Source: a virus
Lineage: Duplodnaviria > Caudoviricetes
DNA: 39,149 nucleotides
Virus record (IMG/VR): IMGVR_UViG_3300033145_001781
Location: 1 to 39,149 of that record
Reading direction: 5' to 3' (one strand)
Both the position numbers and the translations under genes were made by a program. Shown here in pieces: positions 9,876 through 19,134 of the stretch. Position 1 is the stretch's first letter. The number at the start of each line of letters is the position of its first letter. The notes under the pieces were generated by a model. The model searched no databases. It was not told the origin of the DNA and saw nothing but the letters and a program-made list of their open reading frames with translations.

Positions 9876-10805
9876 TTACGCCACGGCATCCTTGATCAGA
9901 TAGGCGGCGGTAGTATCAACGATCAACCATTGATAGGAATCATCGACCAAAATCTCCTCGGAATTCGGCGGGTTTCCTGGGATGTTTTTAAATACACGTC
10001 GCGGATTGCGTTGCTGAACACGATATCCAACGGTTACTTGACGTTTACCAGGAGTTTTCGGGGCTACCATAAAGGTAATCGCCTTCCCCCAAATTTGGGA
10101 AAGACTGTCCGTCTGACCCTCAACCGTGGGATTATAGGAAACAACACCGATCTCTACCCGTTCCACACCCAGGGCCAGGGCCAACTGCTTGTCACTCAAA
10201 CCATCGGCTACTGTGTTTGTGTGTTTCACCAAATCAATCAAGTCCGGATGATAGCGGAGTGTGTCCGCCGTCAACCAATCCATTACAGCCAGATTGGGTA
10301 ACATACCTGAGGCGGCCAGAATGACACTTTTTCCTGTCCGGAAATTCGTAATCGGTACACTGTTCGTGTAATCATTATACTGAGTCGTCCCGGAAAGTGT
10401 CGTATTCTGAGTAATGACTGAAGTTGATTGTAGAGAATCTGCCAAGGCCTTTTCTTTCTCCAACCAGAGTTTTCCGGTCAGATCTTCAGTGGTATCTTTT
10501 CTCGCATCGAACGGTTGTTCAACATTTGCAAAATCCTCTTCGGTTACCAGATCAGACAAACCGTGTTTCGTGATTTGATACGTATCGGAATCTCTAACCG
10601 TCGATGTAATCCGAGGATAAGGAGTTTTGCCGCCGACAATAGAGGATTCAATTCGGAGATGCTCTTTTCCGTAGAAGCCGATTTTACCGGACGATTGTTT
10701 GACGTTAGCGACCGGTAGAATCTTTTCAGAGATATATCCGACCGGGGCGTATTTTCTTGAAACGTTTGTCAACAGTTTGTCAACGATTGCAACATTTTGA
10801 GTCAT
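9876..10805 (-). CDS. Major capsid protein (HK97 fold)
   Basis: 309 aa; DKLLTNVSRKY...ISEKILPVANV N-terminus and AAYLIKDAVA C-terminus typical of this capsid family; followed by a hairpin. Confidence 0.9.
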   Translation of the reverse strand: MTQNVAIVDKLLTNVSRKYAPVGYISEKILPVANVKQSSGKIGFYGKEHLRIESSIVGGKTPYPRITSTVRDSDTYQITKHGLSDLVTEEDFANVEQPFDARKDTTEDLTGKLWLEKEKALADSLQSTSVITQNTTLSGTTQYNDYTNSVPITNFRTGKSVILAASGMLPNLAVMDWLTADTLRYHPDLIDLVKHTNTVADGLSDKQLALALGVERVEIGVVSYNPTVEGQTDSLSQIWGKAITFMVAPKTPGKRQVTVGYRVQQRNPRRVFKNIPGNPPNSEEILVDDSYQWLIVDTTAAYLIKDAVA

Positions 10806-10840
10806 GAGTTTACCTCGATTTGAGTTAAAGAATTAAAATA

Positions 10841-11233
10841 TTATGTCGCGTGACGAACATAAAGTACCGGAATTGCTTGAATGATATCACCAGTTACACC
10901 TGCCTCGAGTGCAACCCACGAAATAATATCACCAGCGGCGGTACTGGGTATCCCTTTGCCATTGGCGTTTGACATTAATCGGGTCATGACTGATGCTGTT
11001 CCTTCCAGTTTCACGGGAACACTTGCATTTGCGATACCGGCAATTTCAGCATTGATACCTGTTCCCGGTTTGTTCATTAAAACGCCGATCCCGATTTCAC
11101 CTGTCGCGCCACCGGCAATATTAACTACACCAGCGGCTGACACTTTGACGTAATGATATTGTTTAGCGGATAAATCAGCCGCCGCTTTAAATCCGGAAAT
11201 CATATTCATCGAGTTTGTGTTAAAAGCTACCAT
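10841..11233 (-). CDS. Capsid decoration/cement protein (DUF2190-like)
   Basis: AAADLSAKQYHYVK...IGVLMNKP...VALEAGVTGDII; Gly/Ala-rich; directly before the capsid gene. Confidence 0.8.
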   Translation of the reverse strand: MVAFNTNSMNMISGFKAAADLSAKQYHYVKVSAAGVVNIAGGATGEIGIGVLMNKPGTGINAEIAGIANASVPVKLEGTASVMTRLMSNANGKGIPSTAAGDIISWVALEAGVTGDIIQAIPVLYVRHAT

Positions 11234-11281
11234 AGTTTCCTTTTATGGTTATATGTTTTAATTTGTTTGGAAAAAAGAAAA

Positions 11282-12316
11282 TTATTCCACCAGTTTCACA
11301 ACAGCCGCATTGGTTTCATCCCGCATCACTTCGGACATTGCGTAAGAAAAATCAACCTCATTTTCCTTGGCGTATGCTTCCGCCAGTTCAATCAATTTGT
11401 CCTCCGCTGCATCTTTAGTATCAATTTTATCACCGGGTTTTCCGCCGCTTCCGCGTTCGTCCAGGTTGACATGTTCCGCCGCTTCCGCGAATTTCGCTAT
11501 ATCGCCAGACATGAAGGCTTCTTTTTGAGCCGGAACTACCTTCCCTTCAGCTAACATGGAGGTAAATTCCTTTTCCCGTTCTGAAGTTTCGAGTTTCTTT
11601 TCCAGCTCTTTTTTTTCTTCAGTCAAGCGAATTTCGTTTTCAGTTGGGTCGGTCATTTCTTCTTTTTTTTCCTTTGGCATTTCTTTGACTCCCTTTTTAG
11701 GTTTCAATTTTGAGGAAATTTTAAGCGCAATTTCCGTTTGTTCTTCAGGGGTCAGATCTGAAATTGCGCGTAAAATGTCTTCCATTGACCCCAATTCTTG
11801 AAGTTTTAAATTGTTTAAATACTCCATTGCTTTTTTTCGTCCAGTCTCATCCAATGCAGTGATAGCATCCATATCATGAAGAAAAGGAACATTTGTCAAC
11901 GCCGCACCTTTCAATATCACATCGAACTTTTCACCACTTTTTGTATTAGTAAAATCACGGACGATTGTCGGTGAGGTGAATTTGAATTCACCATCTTGAA
12001 TCTTCTGTTTTGCGGCAGGTGTAAATTGAGTATCAGCATACAATTTTTCCCCATCATCACTCAAAATGAGAGTATACATCCATCCAGCCGCGATTTCAGT
12101 GTCTTCGTGTTTATAATCGAATTGAAGAATAGGTTTTCCGTTTTCGCTCAAGCCACGGGCATTTTTCTCAAAATTAGCAATCATCGTCTGATGATCTTCT
12201 TTCGTGATAGTAATCTCACCGTAAAGGCGGTGTTGCATTTTTTCACCGACGCGGCTCACTTGGACGCGGGTTAGTTTTCCATCTTCGAATTTCAATTCCG
12301 ATAAGTTAAAAATCAT
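11282..12316 (-). CDS. Prohead protease/scaffold (Mu gpI-like)
   Basis: FDYKHE...AAGW...EFKFTSP...GAALTNVPFL protease motifs plus a charged helical C-terminal scaffold (AEGKVVPAQKE). Confidence 0.9.
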   Translation of the reverse strand: MIFNLSELKFEDGKLTRVQVSRVGEKMQHRLYGEITITKEDHQTMIANFEKNARGLSENGKPILQFDYKHEDTEIAAGWMYTLILSDDGEKLYADTQFTPAAKQKIQDGEFKFTSPTIVRDFTNTKSGEKFDVILKGAALTNVPFLHDMDAITALDETGRKKAMEYLNNLKLQELGSMEDILRAISDLTPEEQTEIALKISSKLKPKKGVKEMPKEKKEEMTDPTENEIRLTEEKKELEKKLETSEREKEFTSMLAEGKVVPAQKEAFMSGDIAKFAEAAEHVNLDERGSGGKPGDKIDTKDAAEDKLIELAEAYAKENEVDFSYAMSEVMRDETNAAVVKLVE

Positions 12317-12317
12317 T

Positions 12318-12605
12318 TTAATTCTCCTTTTTATAAATGGTCAGAATCATATCGTACATTAATTCTTGTGTGTCTTTTATGTGATTTACATCTGATTGCA
12401 ACGTGTTTATACTCAATATCATATCGTTCGCGGTCGCAAGATCTACATATTGTAATTTTGCTTTTTCATGACTCACATAATTAAAAGATAATTCTTCTTT
12501 TGTAACATATCTATCGGCGGTGAGCACAATCCATTGCGTCATACTCACAGATATGATAATCACAAACAATGGCCATATCAATAATGATGTTAATTTTTTT
12601 ATCAT
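12318..12605 (-). CDS. Small membrane protein (N-terminal TM helix plus coiled coil)
   Basis: Hydrophobic LLIWPLFVIIISVSMTQWIVL followed by a heptad-like region. Confidence 0.7.
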   Translation of the reverse strand: MIKKLTSLLIWPLFVIIISVSMTQWIVLTADRYVTKEELSFNYVSHEKAKLQYVDLATANDMILSINTLQSDVNHIKDTQELMYDMILTIYKKEN

Positions 12606-13123
12606 AATTTATAGGCTCCTACTCTAAAACGATGCTCGATTAAAGAAGTGAGATTATCATTGATAGTAATTATTAATTTTTGATCGAGATCACCGTCTAA
12701 TAATATGCCACGCCAGCCTGTTTCTTTAAAGAACGAATATCGCATAGTGACACTTCGAGGATTTGCACCAAATAAATTTTGTCTGGAATCATAACAAATA
12801 TGCGCTAAATCGTCATTTGTTTTTATAGGTACGGTGTCCGTAATATCTTTAATGATTCCGCCTGAATTTTGAAAAGTGATCTCTATACCATTAGTAAGTT
12901 TTGTTAAATCAACATAGCTTTGACTAGCAACATTAGATGTTCCTAAACCATAAATAATAAGTCGATCTAATACAAAAAACTCACCTGTCGATGGAGTAAA
13001 TTCAAAATTAACAGGAGTAGTTGATCCATCAACATTACCATTTATATTACCTCCACCGACTTCATTCATATAACGAGTCATGAAATTTTCAATTCTTATC
13101 GGTCCAGTTCTATTTTGACTCAT
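12602..13123 (-). CDS. Hypothetical virion-region protein, paralog of 13120-13638
   Basis: Shared motifs NVDGSTTPV, LTNGI, PIKTNDDL, RQNLFGANPRS, GILLDG, INDNLTSL. Confidence 0.85.
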   Translation of the reverse strand: MSQNRTGPIRIENFMTRYMNEVGGGNINGNVDGSTTPVNFEFTPSTGEFFVLDRLIIYGLGTSNVASQSYVDLTKLTNGIEITFQNSGGIIKDITDTVPIKTNDDLAHICYDSRQNLFGANPRSVTMRYSFFKETGWRGILLDGDLDQKLIITINDNLTSLIEHRFRVGAYKL

Positions 13124-13638
13124 TGAACTACCCTATCGGCTTCCATCCTCACCCAATGGGCGACTAATCCGGTCAAATCATCGTTGATCCGCAATAACAT
13201 CTTATATCCTTTTGATCCATCTAATAAAATACCATTTCCAGCTCCGAATTTAAAAACAGCGGATATACTACGCGGATTTATGTCAAATAAATTTTGTCTG
13301 ACATCAAACCCATATGACAATAGATCATTATTTGATTGGATTGGATATGATCCTGTGTAACTAGCCAATATTCCACCTGAATCATGGATTTCAAGATCGA
13401 CGCCGTTAGTTAATGTCGGTACCGCACCATATGCCGATTCCGAAACATTACTGTCATCATAAATGAGCATTACCATTTGAGATACAGTCCACGATTCATT
13501 GATAGGTGGTCCAAATACCATTTCAACCGGTGTTACAGAACCGTTGACGTTCGCGTTTCGATTGCTTGTGCCATCCTGAACCATAAAACCTGATCTTATC
13601 TCTTCTATTTTTTGTGGTATGCGTTCAATTTTTTTCAT
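13120..13638 (-). CDS. Hypothetical virion-region protein, paralog of 12602-13123
   Basis: Shared motifs NVNGSVTPV, LTNGV, PIQSNNDL, RQNLFDINPRS, GILLDG, INDDLTGL. Confidence 0.85.
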   Translation of the reverse strand: MKKIERIPQKIEEIRSGFMVQDGTSNRNANVNGSVTPVEMVFGPPINESWTVSQMVMLIYDDSNVSESAYGAVPTLTNGVDLEIHDSGGILASYTGSYPIQSNNDLLSYGFDVRQNLFDINPRSISAVFKFGAGNGILLDGSKGYKMLLRINDDLTGLVAHWVRMEADRVVQ

Positions 13639-16040
13639 CAGAATTTTTTTGATTTTAGAATTGCTTCTATTTGATTGTCCGTTCCACTATACGTTAAACC
13701 TAATGATGATATGGGTTTAATTCTCGCTTTTCCTTTTCGTTGGGCCACTATATACGAATCACAATTATGATGAAGTGGTGGGAGATTACTACTTGTGAGA
13801 TATTCTTCTTTTGTGAAAACGCGACCGGCGAGATTAACACAAACTGCCGCGACCGGATCAGGATTGGTAAAAACAAATGATTCAATTTCGTCAAAAACTT
13901 CTTTAGTCTGATATACAGCATTTCGCGCCAAATTGACTAATGTTGAAATCGAATTACCAGCACCGGCACGAATAGACGGACCAGTAACATAGGCGTTCAC
14001 AATATCGCGAAGTTGCTTCAACATTTGATCATCATTCAACGCTTCCAATTTCGAATTAACTGTAAATAAAACTTGTTTCATCAAGTCTGCATTCTGTGAC
14101 TCAAGTAATAATGCGGCTTGATCAGTAGCGGCTTTCTTCGTGTTCGTTGGGACTGATTTTCCTAAATCGTCAATCTCATTAAATTTAAAACTAGTAGAAA
14201 ATCCCAGTTCTGAAAGAGCACTATTTGTTGCTTGATCAATCAATGGTGCAAAATAACGTTGTAAGGTTTGTTTATAAATTTGAGAATTGGGAATTTTAAC
14301 TTGTTTGACTTTGGTTCTAATTTCAAACTTTTTGGTATTGAGAATGGTACTCATGATATCGTCTACGTACTGATTCCCACGAATCGATAAAGCATTAGTC
14401 ATCAATACATATAGTTCTTTGGTCTTATCAGATATCACTTTCGAAATATTAATTGGGCGACTTTCTGCGAGTTGTCTTTCTTCCGAGGTAAAACCGATTA
14501 TCGCTTTAATACCTGGTTTTAATTCTTTAGTTCTAAAACGATCAAATAAGCTCGGTTGTTTTTGACGAAAACGGAAAGTGTCTTCTTTTTCATCAATTTT
14601 GTCATGTTTAAACTTGTTTGTTTTAAGCCAGCTTCTTGCTTGATCTGCAGTAAATTTCGATTTCTCAAAGATAAGAGATTGGATTTCAGAAAGATCATAT
14701 TCTGAGAATTCCATTTCGTCTGATTCTGATTCTGATTCTGATTCTTCTTCTAAATCTTCGATGAATTCCGGAAGTTTGTAAGTGCGGTGAACAAAAGATT
14801 TTAATTTGTCAGAATTTTGAATCAAACTACTTTCAGATATATTTTTTAGAATCTCTGAGAATTCTTTCCCGGCTTTGTCATTGATTCCGGACACCGTAAG
14901 TTTAGGGTATTTTTGTCGCCGTCCATACTTTGCATTAACTAACGGTCGAATGATACGCCGGTCGATGGTTTCCCGGATACGATCCGGATAGAAATTAACA
15001 CTGGCAAAAAAGATATCAGAGAGGTCAGTCCCCAAGGCGAATGATCCACCTTTTCCCGACAATCCTAGTTCAAGAAAATTAGCCAGAAACGCTTTCGCCA
15101 TGCCAATATCCTCTTGAATAATGGCGGCTTTGACGTCTTCAGCATTATGACTTATATCAAAATTATCCAATCCCCATCCCTCGGGCATAAGAATATAATT
15201 TTTTTGATGAGAAACAAATGCTTGTAGGATCTCTTCAAAAGTGGTTTGTTCTGTTGTTCCAAGTTTTCCAGGAGGGACTGTTCCTTTAGGTACACCGGTG
15301 GCTGATCGTTCTATTCCGATCATTTGCAACTTGTTTAAAAAGTTCTTTCTGAACCAGTTCCCATAGATCGGGCGTAGATCTGAAATTCCCTCATAGTTAT
15401 CACCCTCCTTATGAGGCGATATGACGATTAAGTTTTCGCCAAAAATTTCAACATCACGAAACAAATCACCTTCCGAGATCTGGCGAACATAATTAATGGA
15501 ACCATCCTGGCGTAATACCCATTCATCGATTGTGCGAGGAGATCTCCATCCGAGATCTTTCAATCCAATATAATCACCATACAATTCATGATTCAATACC
15601 ACTTTATTAACAACTTCAAACATGCTGTAACCAAATTCAACACAAGACATAGCTTCCTGGATAAATTCGCTCCAAGTCTTGTATTTACCGGTTACTGGAT
15701 TACCAATATCTTCGATTAAAACATGTTCAATAAAGTTTCTAATCTGTTGCTCTTCGTCTGAATCGTCAACCGCTTCAACCCCCCATGATGCAGATATCAC
15801 GGGACTTTTGACGATTCGAAGTAACATTTTGATTTGAGAATCGGAACGCCGCATTTCGTCATATTTATCAGCGGCTTGGGTGGAGGTGAGGGAATTGAGG
15901 TATTCTTCGGTAAAAACGCCAGCGGAAATATCGGTTCCGCTGCTACCACGGGGAAGGAAATGCATCAAATCATTACTGATATTTGTTATATCGTCACGCT
16001 TTTGATCGAAATTAATGATTTTAACCGTTGAATCAGACAT
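13638..16040 (-). CDS. Portal protein (DUF935/Mu gp29-like) fused to a head morphogenesis (Mu F / SPP1 gp7-like) domain
   Basis: Follows TerL; YDEMRRSDSQI...FGYSMFEVV...GISDLRPIY...GGSFALG portal motifs; C-terminal VCVNLAGRVF...PPLHHNCDS. Confidence 0.9.
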   Translation of the reverse strand: MSDSTVKIINFDQKRDDITNISNDLMHFLPRGSSGTDISAGVFTEEYLNSLTSTQAADKYDEMRRSDSQIKMLLRIVKSPVISASWGVEAVDDSDEEQQIRNFIEHVLIEDIGNPVTGKYKTWSEFIQEAMSCVEFGYSMFEVVNKVVLNHELYGDYIGLKDLGWRSPRTIDEWVLRQDGSINYVRQISEGDLFRDVEIFGENLIVISPHKEGDNYEGISDLRPIYGNWFRKNFLNKLQMIGIERSATGVPKGTVPPGKLGTTEQTTFEEILQAFVSHQKNYILMPEGWGLDNFDISHNAEDVKAAIIQEDIGMAKAFLANFLELGLSGKGGSFALGTDLSDIFFASVNFYPDRIRETIDRRIIRPLVNAKYGRRQKYPKLTVSGINDKAGKEFSEILKNISESSLIQNSDKLKSFVHRTYKLPEFIEDLEEESESESESDEMEFSEYDLSEIQSLIFEKSKFTADQARSWLKTNKFKHDKIDEKEDTFRFRQKQPSLFDRFRTKELKPGIKAIIGFTSEERQLAESRPINISKVISDKTKELYVLMTNALSIRGNQYVDDIMSTILNTKKFEIRTKVKQVKIPNSQIYKQTLQRYFAPLIDQATNSALSELGFSTSFKFNEIDDLGKSVPTNTKKAATDQAALLLESQNADLMKQVLFTVNSKLEALNDDQMLKQLRDIVNAYVTGPSIRAGAGNSISTLVNLARNAVYQTKEVFDEIESFVFTNPDPVAAVCVNLAGRVFTKEEYLTSSNLPPLHHNCDSYIVAQRKGKARIKPISSLGLTYSGTDNQIEAILKSKKF

Positions 16041-16044
16041 ATAA

Positions 16045-17469
16045 TCACCAATATTTGAAACTTTCCGAAGTTGTTATTGTATTTTCACGTATTTCACTTG
16101 GTTCTAACGATAACACATCGGTTTGAACATTACCAACCAAAAAATAAAATCCACCACAAGTCGCATCAACAGGATCTTTATAGCGACCTGTTGGGAAATA
16201 TTCTAAATATTTATAAAATTCATCATTCCAGGTTCCTTTGACAACTTTGATGTTATTATGTTCAGCTTGTGCGGAAACCGGACCGGCTCGGACTTCTTTG
16301 TTATTTGTTTCAATGAATGTAAACAACTTATAACCTTGTAATTCTTTAATAAATGTTTCTATCTGATCCTTTCCAGCTTGTCCAGGATCTTGACTCGCTC
16401 CAACGGTAACTTCTATTCCGTCTTGAGAAGCACTATTTTTAATAGCGTCAAGCACCTTTCCAGCGCGTTTAAACAGCAATCCGCTAAAGTCTTCTATGTA
16501 CATCATGCCATTTCGATCACGACTCATTAAGACACTACAAGTGGCATCTGGGTCGTTATCATCTCGTTTCTCTGTAGCGGCTCTATCCCAAAATCGAATC
16601 CTTTCTCGTACAGTCGGAAGCTCAAAAGAATAAATCTCTTCAAACATGTTTTTCTGAAAATAATCACCCGCTTGTGCACGAGAATCCCAATTTCCCAATA
16701 ATCGTTCCTTTTCGACTCTATGTTGAGCGAAAATGGACGACATATAATCGGGGGATTTTGCAACCAGGATTCGGTTATCACTGAATGAAGCGTGGATAAA
16801 TGTAAACGATTTAGGTTTGATGTACTCTGACTTGTGTCCCAAATCTATCATATCCTGAATCAATCCATCTTTGGTCGAACTCCAATACATTTTGTTTTCT
16901 ATTCTCACCAAATATCGGATTTTTCCAGAACGTTCAGGTAGAGCGTGACCATCTGGGCCGATATACCAATCTACTAATTGTCGCAACCAACCGCCCGGAT
17001 CTGGATTTGTTGTTGCTCGTACATACGGATTAATACCGGACATAGAACGCGTTCGCGAAATCAAATACCAGAATTGATTTTCGCTGAACGAGCGAAGTTC
17101 GTCGAATAATAACGTAGCAATTTGCGCCCCATCCCAATCATAAATGGTTTTTTCGTGTTCAAGATGGGCCATTTTTATTTTATATCCGCTTTTCCATTTC
17201 CAGATGAGATTAGATAAATTAGGATGTCCGCCAATTTTTGGATAAATATCAAATGATGTGTCCCATAAACCGCCTTCTTGGGTAATCTGCTTAGTAGTTC
17301 GGCGGAATATGACCGCGTTAGCTTTGCCATTATTATTAAACCGTCCACCTTCCATCAATAAACCGTACGACTTACCACCACCAGCTTCACCACCATAAAT
17401 ACAGATATCGACAGGTGTGCAAAGAAAATTGGTTTGTGGTCCTGGTTGGGGCTTGATGATATCAGACAT
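16045..17469 (-). CDS. terL: Terminase large subunit
   Basis: Walker A GGEAGGGKS, Walker B LLFDE, coupling motif ATTNP, nuclease motifs RFWDRAAT and KDPVDA. Confidence 0.96.
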   Translation of the reverse strand: MSDIIKPQPGPQTNFLCTPVDICIYGGEAGGGKSYGLLMEGGRFNNNGKANAVIFRRTTKQITQEGGLWDTSFDIYPKIGGHPNLSNLIWKWKSGYKIKMAHLEHEKTIYDWDGAQIATLLFDELRSFSENQFWYLISRTRSMSGINPYVRATTNPDPGGWLRQLVDWYIGPDGHALPERSGKIRYLVRIENKMYWSSTKDGLIQDMIDLGHKSEYIKPKSFTFIHASFSDNRILVAKSPDYMSSIFAQHRVEKERLLGNWDSRAQAGDYFQKNMFEEIYSFELPTVRERIRFWDRAATEKRDDNDPDATCSVLMSRDRNGMMYIEDFSGLLFKRAGKVLDAIKNSASQDGIEVTVGASQDPGQAGKDQIETFIKELQGYKLFTFIETNNKEVRAGPVSAQAEHNNIKVVKGTWNDEFYKYLEYFPTGRYKDPVDATCGGFYFLVGNVQTDVLSLEPSEIRENTITTSESFKYW

Positions 17470-18097
17470 CAGTGAATTCTCTGTGATTGTCAGGTAGGAT
17501 TAATGTAGTTCCAGATTGAATTGGTTGACCGTCGGTGGTGATGTCGAGGGTTTCACGAAGGAGTTGTAGGATTTTACTTAAGTCGGACATGGCGTTCATT
17601 TTGCTAAATAGTTTTATCTGAACACCATGTGCGGTATTTTTTATTTCCATTACCGCCGCTTTTTGTGCACGGGTTAATTCTCTAGATGGTTTGAGCTGAA
17701 TCCCATATCTGTTCCAAGTACCGTAGTCATCCATATTTGCAAGAGCTATAGATTGATATTCTCTCAATAATTTTTCTACTAACGACAAATGATTTTTGAT
17801 TATTATTGTTTGACGTCGTTTAATTTCGTCCGCTATGCGTGACTCAAAGAAAAACTTTTGTGCTTCTGAACGTCCTCCGTATTTAGTTGAACAAGTTTTA
17901 ATTACCGATTTGTATGCTCTGGTTTCGTCACCATGGATCATATAATGATTGATGATTTCTAATTCTTCACTACTGAAAGAATCAGTTTCTTTGATTTCGT
18001 CTATCTCCCTGTTGATTTCAACATTAATAGGATTAGAGAAATCCGGATAATTCAGATTTGATTTTGACGATCTTTTTTTCTTTTCGAATTTTTTCAT
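17462..18097 (-). CDS. terS: Terminase small subunit
   Basis: Immediately upstream of TerL; helical N-terminus, LREYQSIALANMDDY...QIKLFSKMNAMSDLSKIL and C-terminal LDITTDGQPI...LILPDNHR. Confidence 0.85.
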   Translation of the reverse strand: MKKFEKKKRSSKSNLNYPDFSNPINVEINREIDEIKETDSFSSEELEIINHYMIHGDETRAYKSVIKTCSTKYGGRSEAQKFFFESRIADEIKRRQTIIIKNHLSLVEKLLREYQSIALANMDDYGTWNRYGIQLKPSRELTRAQKAAVMEIKNTAHGVQIKLFSKMNAMSDLSKILQLLRETLDITTDGQPIQSGTTLILPDNHREFTDV

Positions 18098-18333
18098 GAT
18101 GACGAAATCTTTTTAATTGAATTTGAAATATATCGTTTTAATTTCCCTTTGTCCAATTCTTAGATAAGGAACGTAGAACGGTCCGGTTATCAGGTGGGAA
18201 TCATAATGAAATTTCTGGAACGTGATAACCGTCTAACGCACAGAGTCGATAGTTCTCAAAGGTATCTAGCATTGGAAATGTTCATGTTTTAAAAAAGATT
18301 TTTTTCCATCTTTCTTACTCTTATAAGGATCGA

Positions 18334-18642
18334 GCCACCACATTCCACTAGTCAGCAAAGCAGTGGCGTCTCAGAGGTATTAAGTTTATTGACTTGAGCC
18401 ACCATAGCCACTACTACCACTAATAATAATAAAATAAAAAGAGTAAAAAAACGCTAATTTGACTGTTTTTTGAGACAATCTGTCTTATTTGAGACTGATT
18501 GTCTCAAAATGACCCATAATCTGAATAATAAATTCTGTAGAAACTAAAAAAAGTAGTGGTAGTAGTGGTTATGGTGGCTCAAGTCAATAGATCCGCACCC
18601 TCCGAGACGCCACTAACAAAAAAAGTAGTGGATAGTGGTGGC
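18334..18642. repeat. Large nested inverted repeat (candidate replication origin, packaging site or structured RNA)
   Basis: Arms 18362-18422 and 18554-18614 are imperfect reverse complements; outer GCCACCAC/GTGGTGGC at 18334/18642; central hairpin 18468-18509; all are centred at about 18488. Confidence 0.9.
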
Positions 18643-18738
18643 ACTACGTAATAAAAAGTAGGACTTTTTACGATGTTCGAAATAATTTCAACTTTTATTA
18701 AGGTGTAAAATTTTCACTAATTAAAATTTATTACAACT

Positions 18739-19134
18739 TTATTCGCTTTCTTTTGTATGTTCGCCGTCATCTTTACTTTCAAAATGCTTATTGGGATGTT
18801 CACCTTCTACAAATTCACAAAGGCAAAGATTAGCACAGTCTACTAAATGTTCAAGGTTTCCTGTTTGCTGATATTGTTTCAATCGTCTAATAATATCCGG
18901 TACTCTATCCCACTGGAGCTTACCCAGTGCTCCTAAACGTCCGTATCTAATAGCACCCATGATCAAACGATTCCGCATTAATCGCTCAAATTCATAGGAC
19001 CATTCAGTTTTAGTCAAATCGCCTTTTATGATATTTCTCACCGGCTCGTTAGGTATTCCGAGTCGATTATGTAATTTATCTCTTAAATGTTTAGTTATGG
19101 TTTCCATCAATTCTCCTTTGAATACTATAATCAA
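18739..19134 (-). CDS. Conserved phage protein, possibly dATP/dGTP diphosphohydrolase (DUF5664)-like all-alpha fold
   Basis: MGAIRYG...WD...IIRRLKQYQQTGNLEHLVDCANLCLCEF pattern. Confidence 0.5.
   Translation of the reverse strand: MIIVFKGELMETITKHLRDKLHNRLGIPNEPVRNIIKGDLTKTEWSYEFERLMRNRLIMGAIRYGRLGALGKLQWDRVPDIIRRLKQYQQTGNLEHLVDCANLCLCEFVEGEHPNKHFESKDDGEHTKESE

Noticed and set aside
356-16031. Many short plus-strand ORFs across the structural module
   Set aside because: They lie antisense to tightly packed, well-supported minus-strand genes and show no recognisable motifs.
18098-18330. Possible gene or stop-codon recoding upstream of terS
   Set aside because: All three minus-strand frames contain stops of mixed types, and the standard code gives dense, intact genes elsewhere in the genome.
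18334-18642. Protelomerase target (linear-plasmid prophage telomere)
   Set aside because: No protelomerase, tyrosine recombinase or partition genes were recognised, and the palindrome is interrupted rather than perfect.
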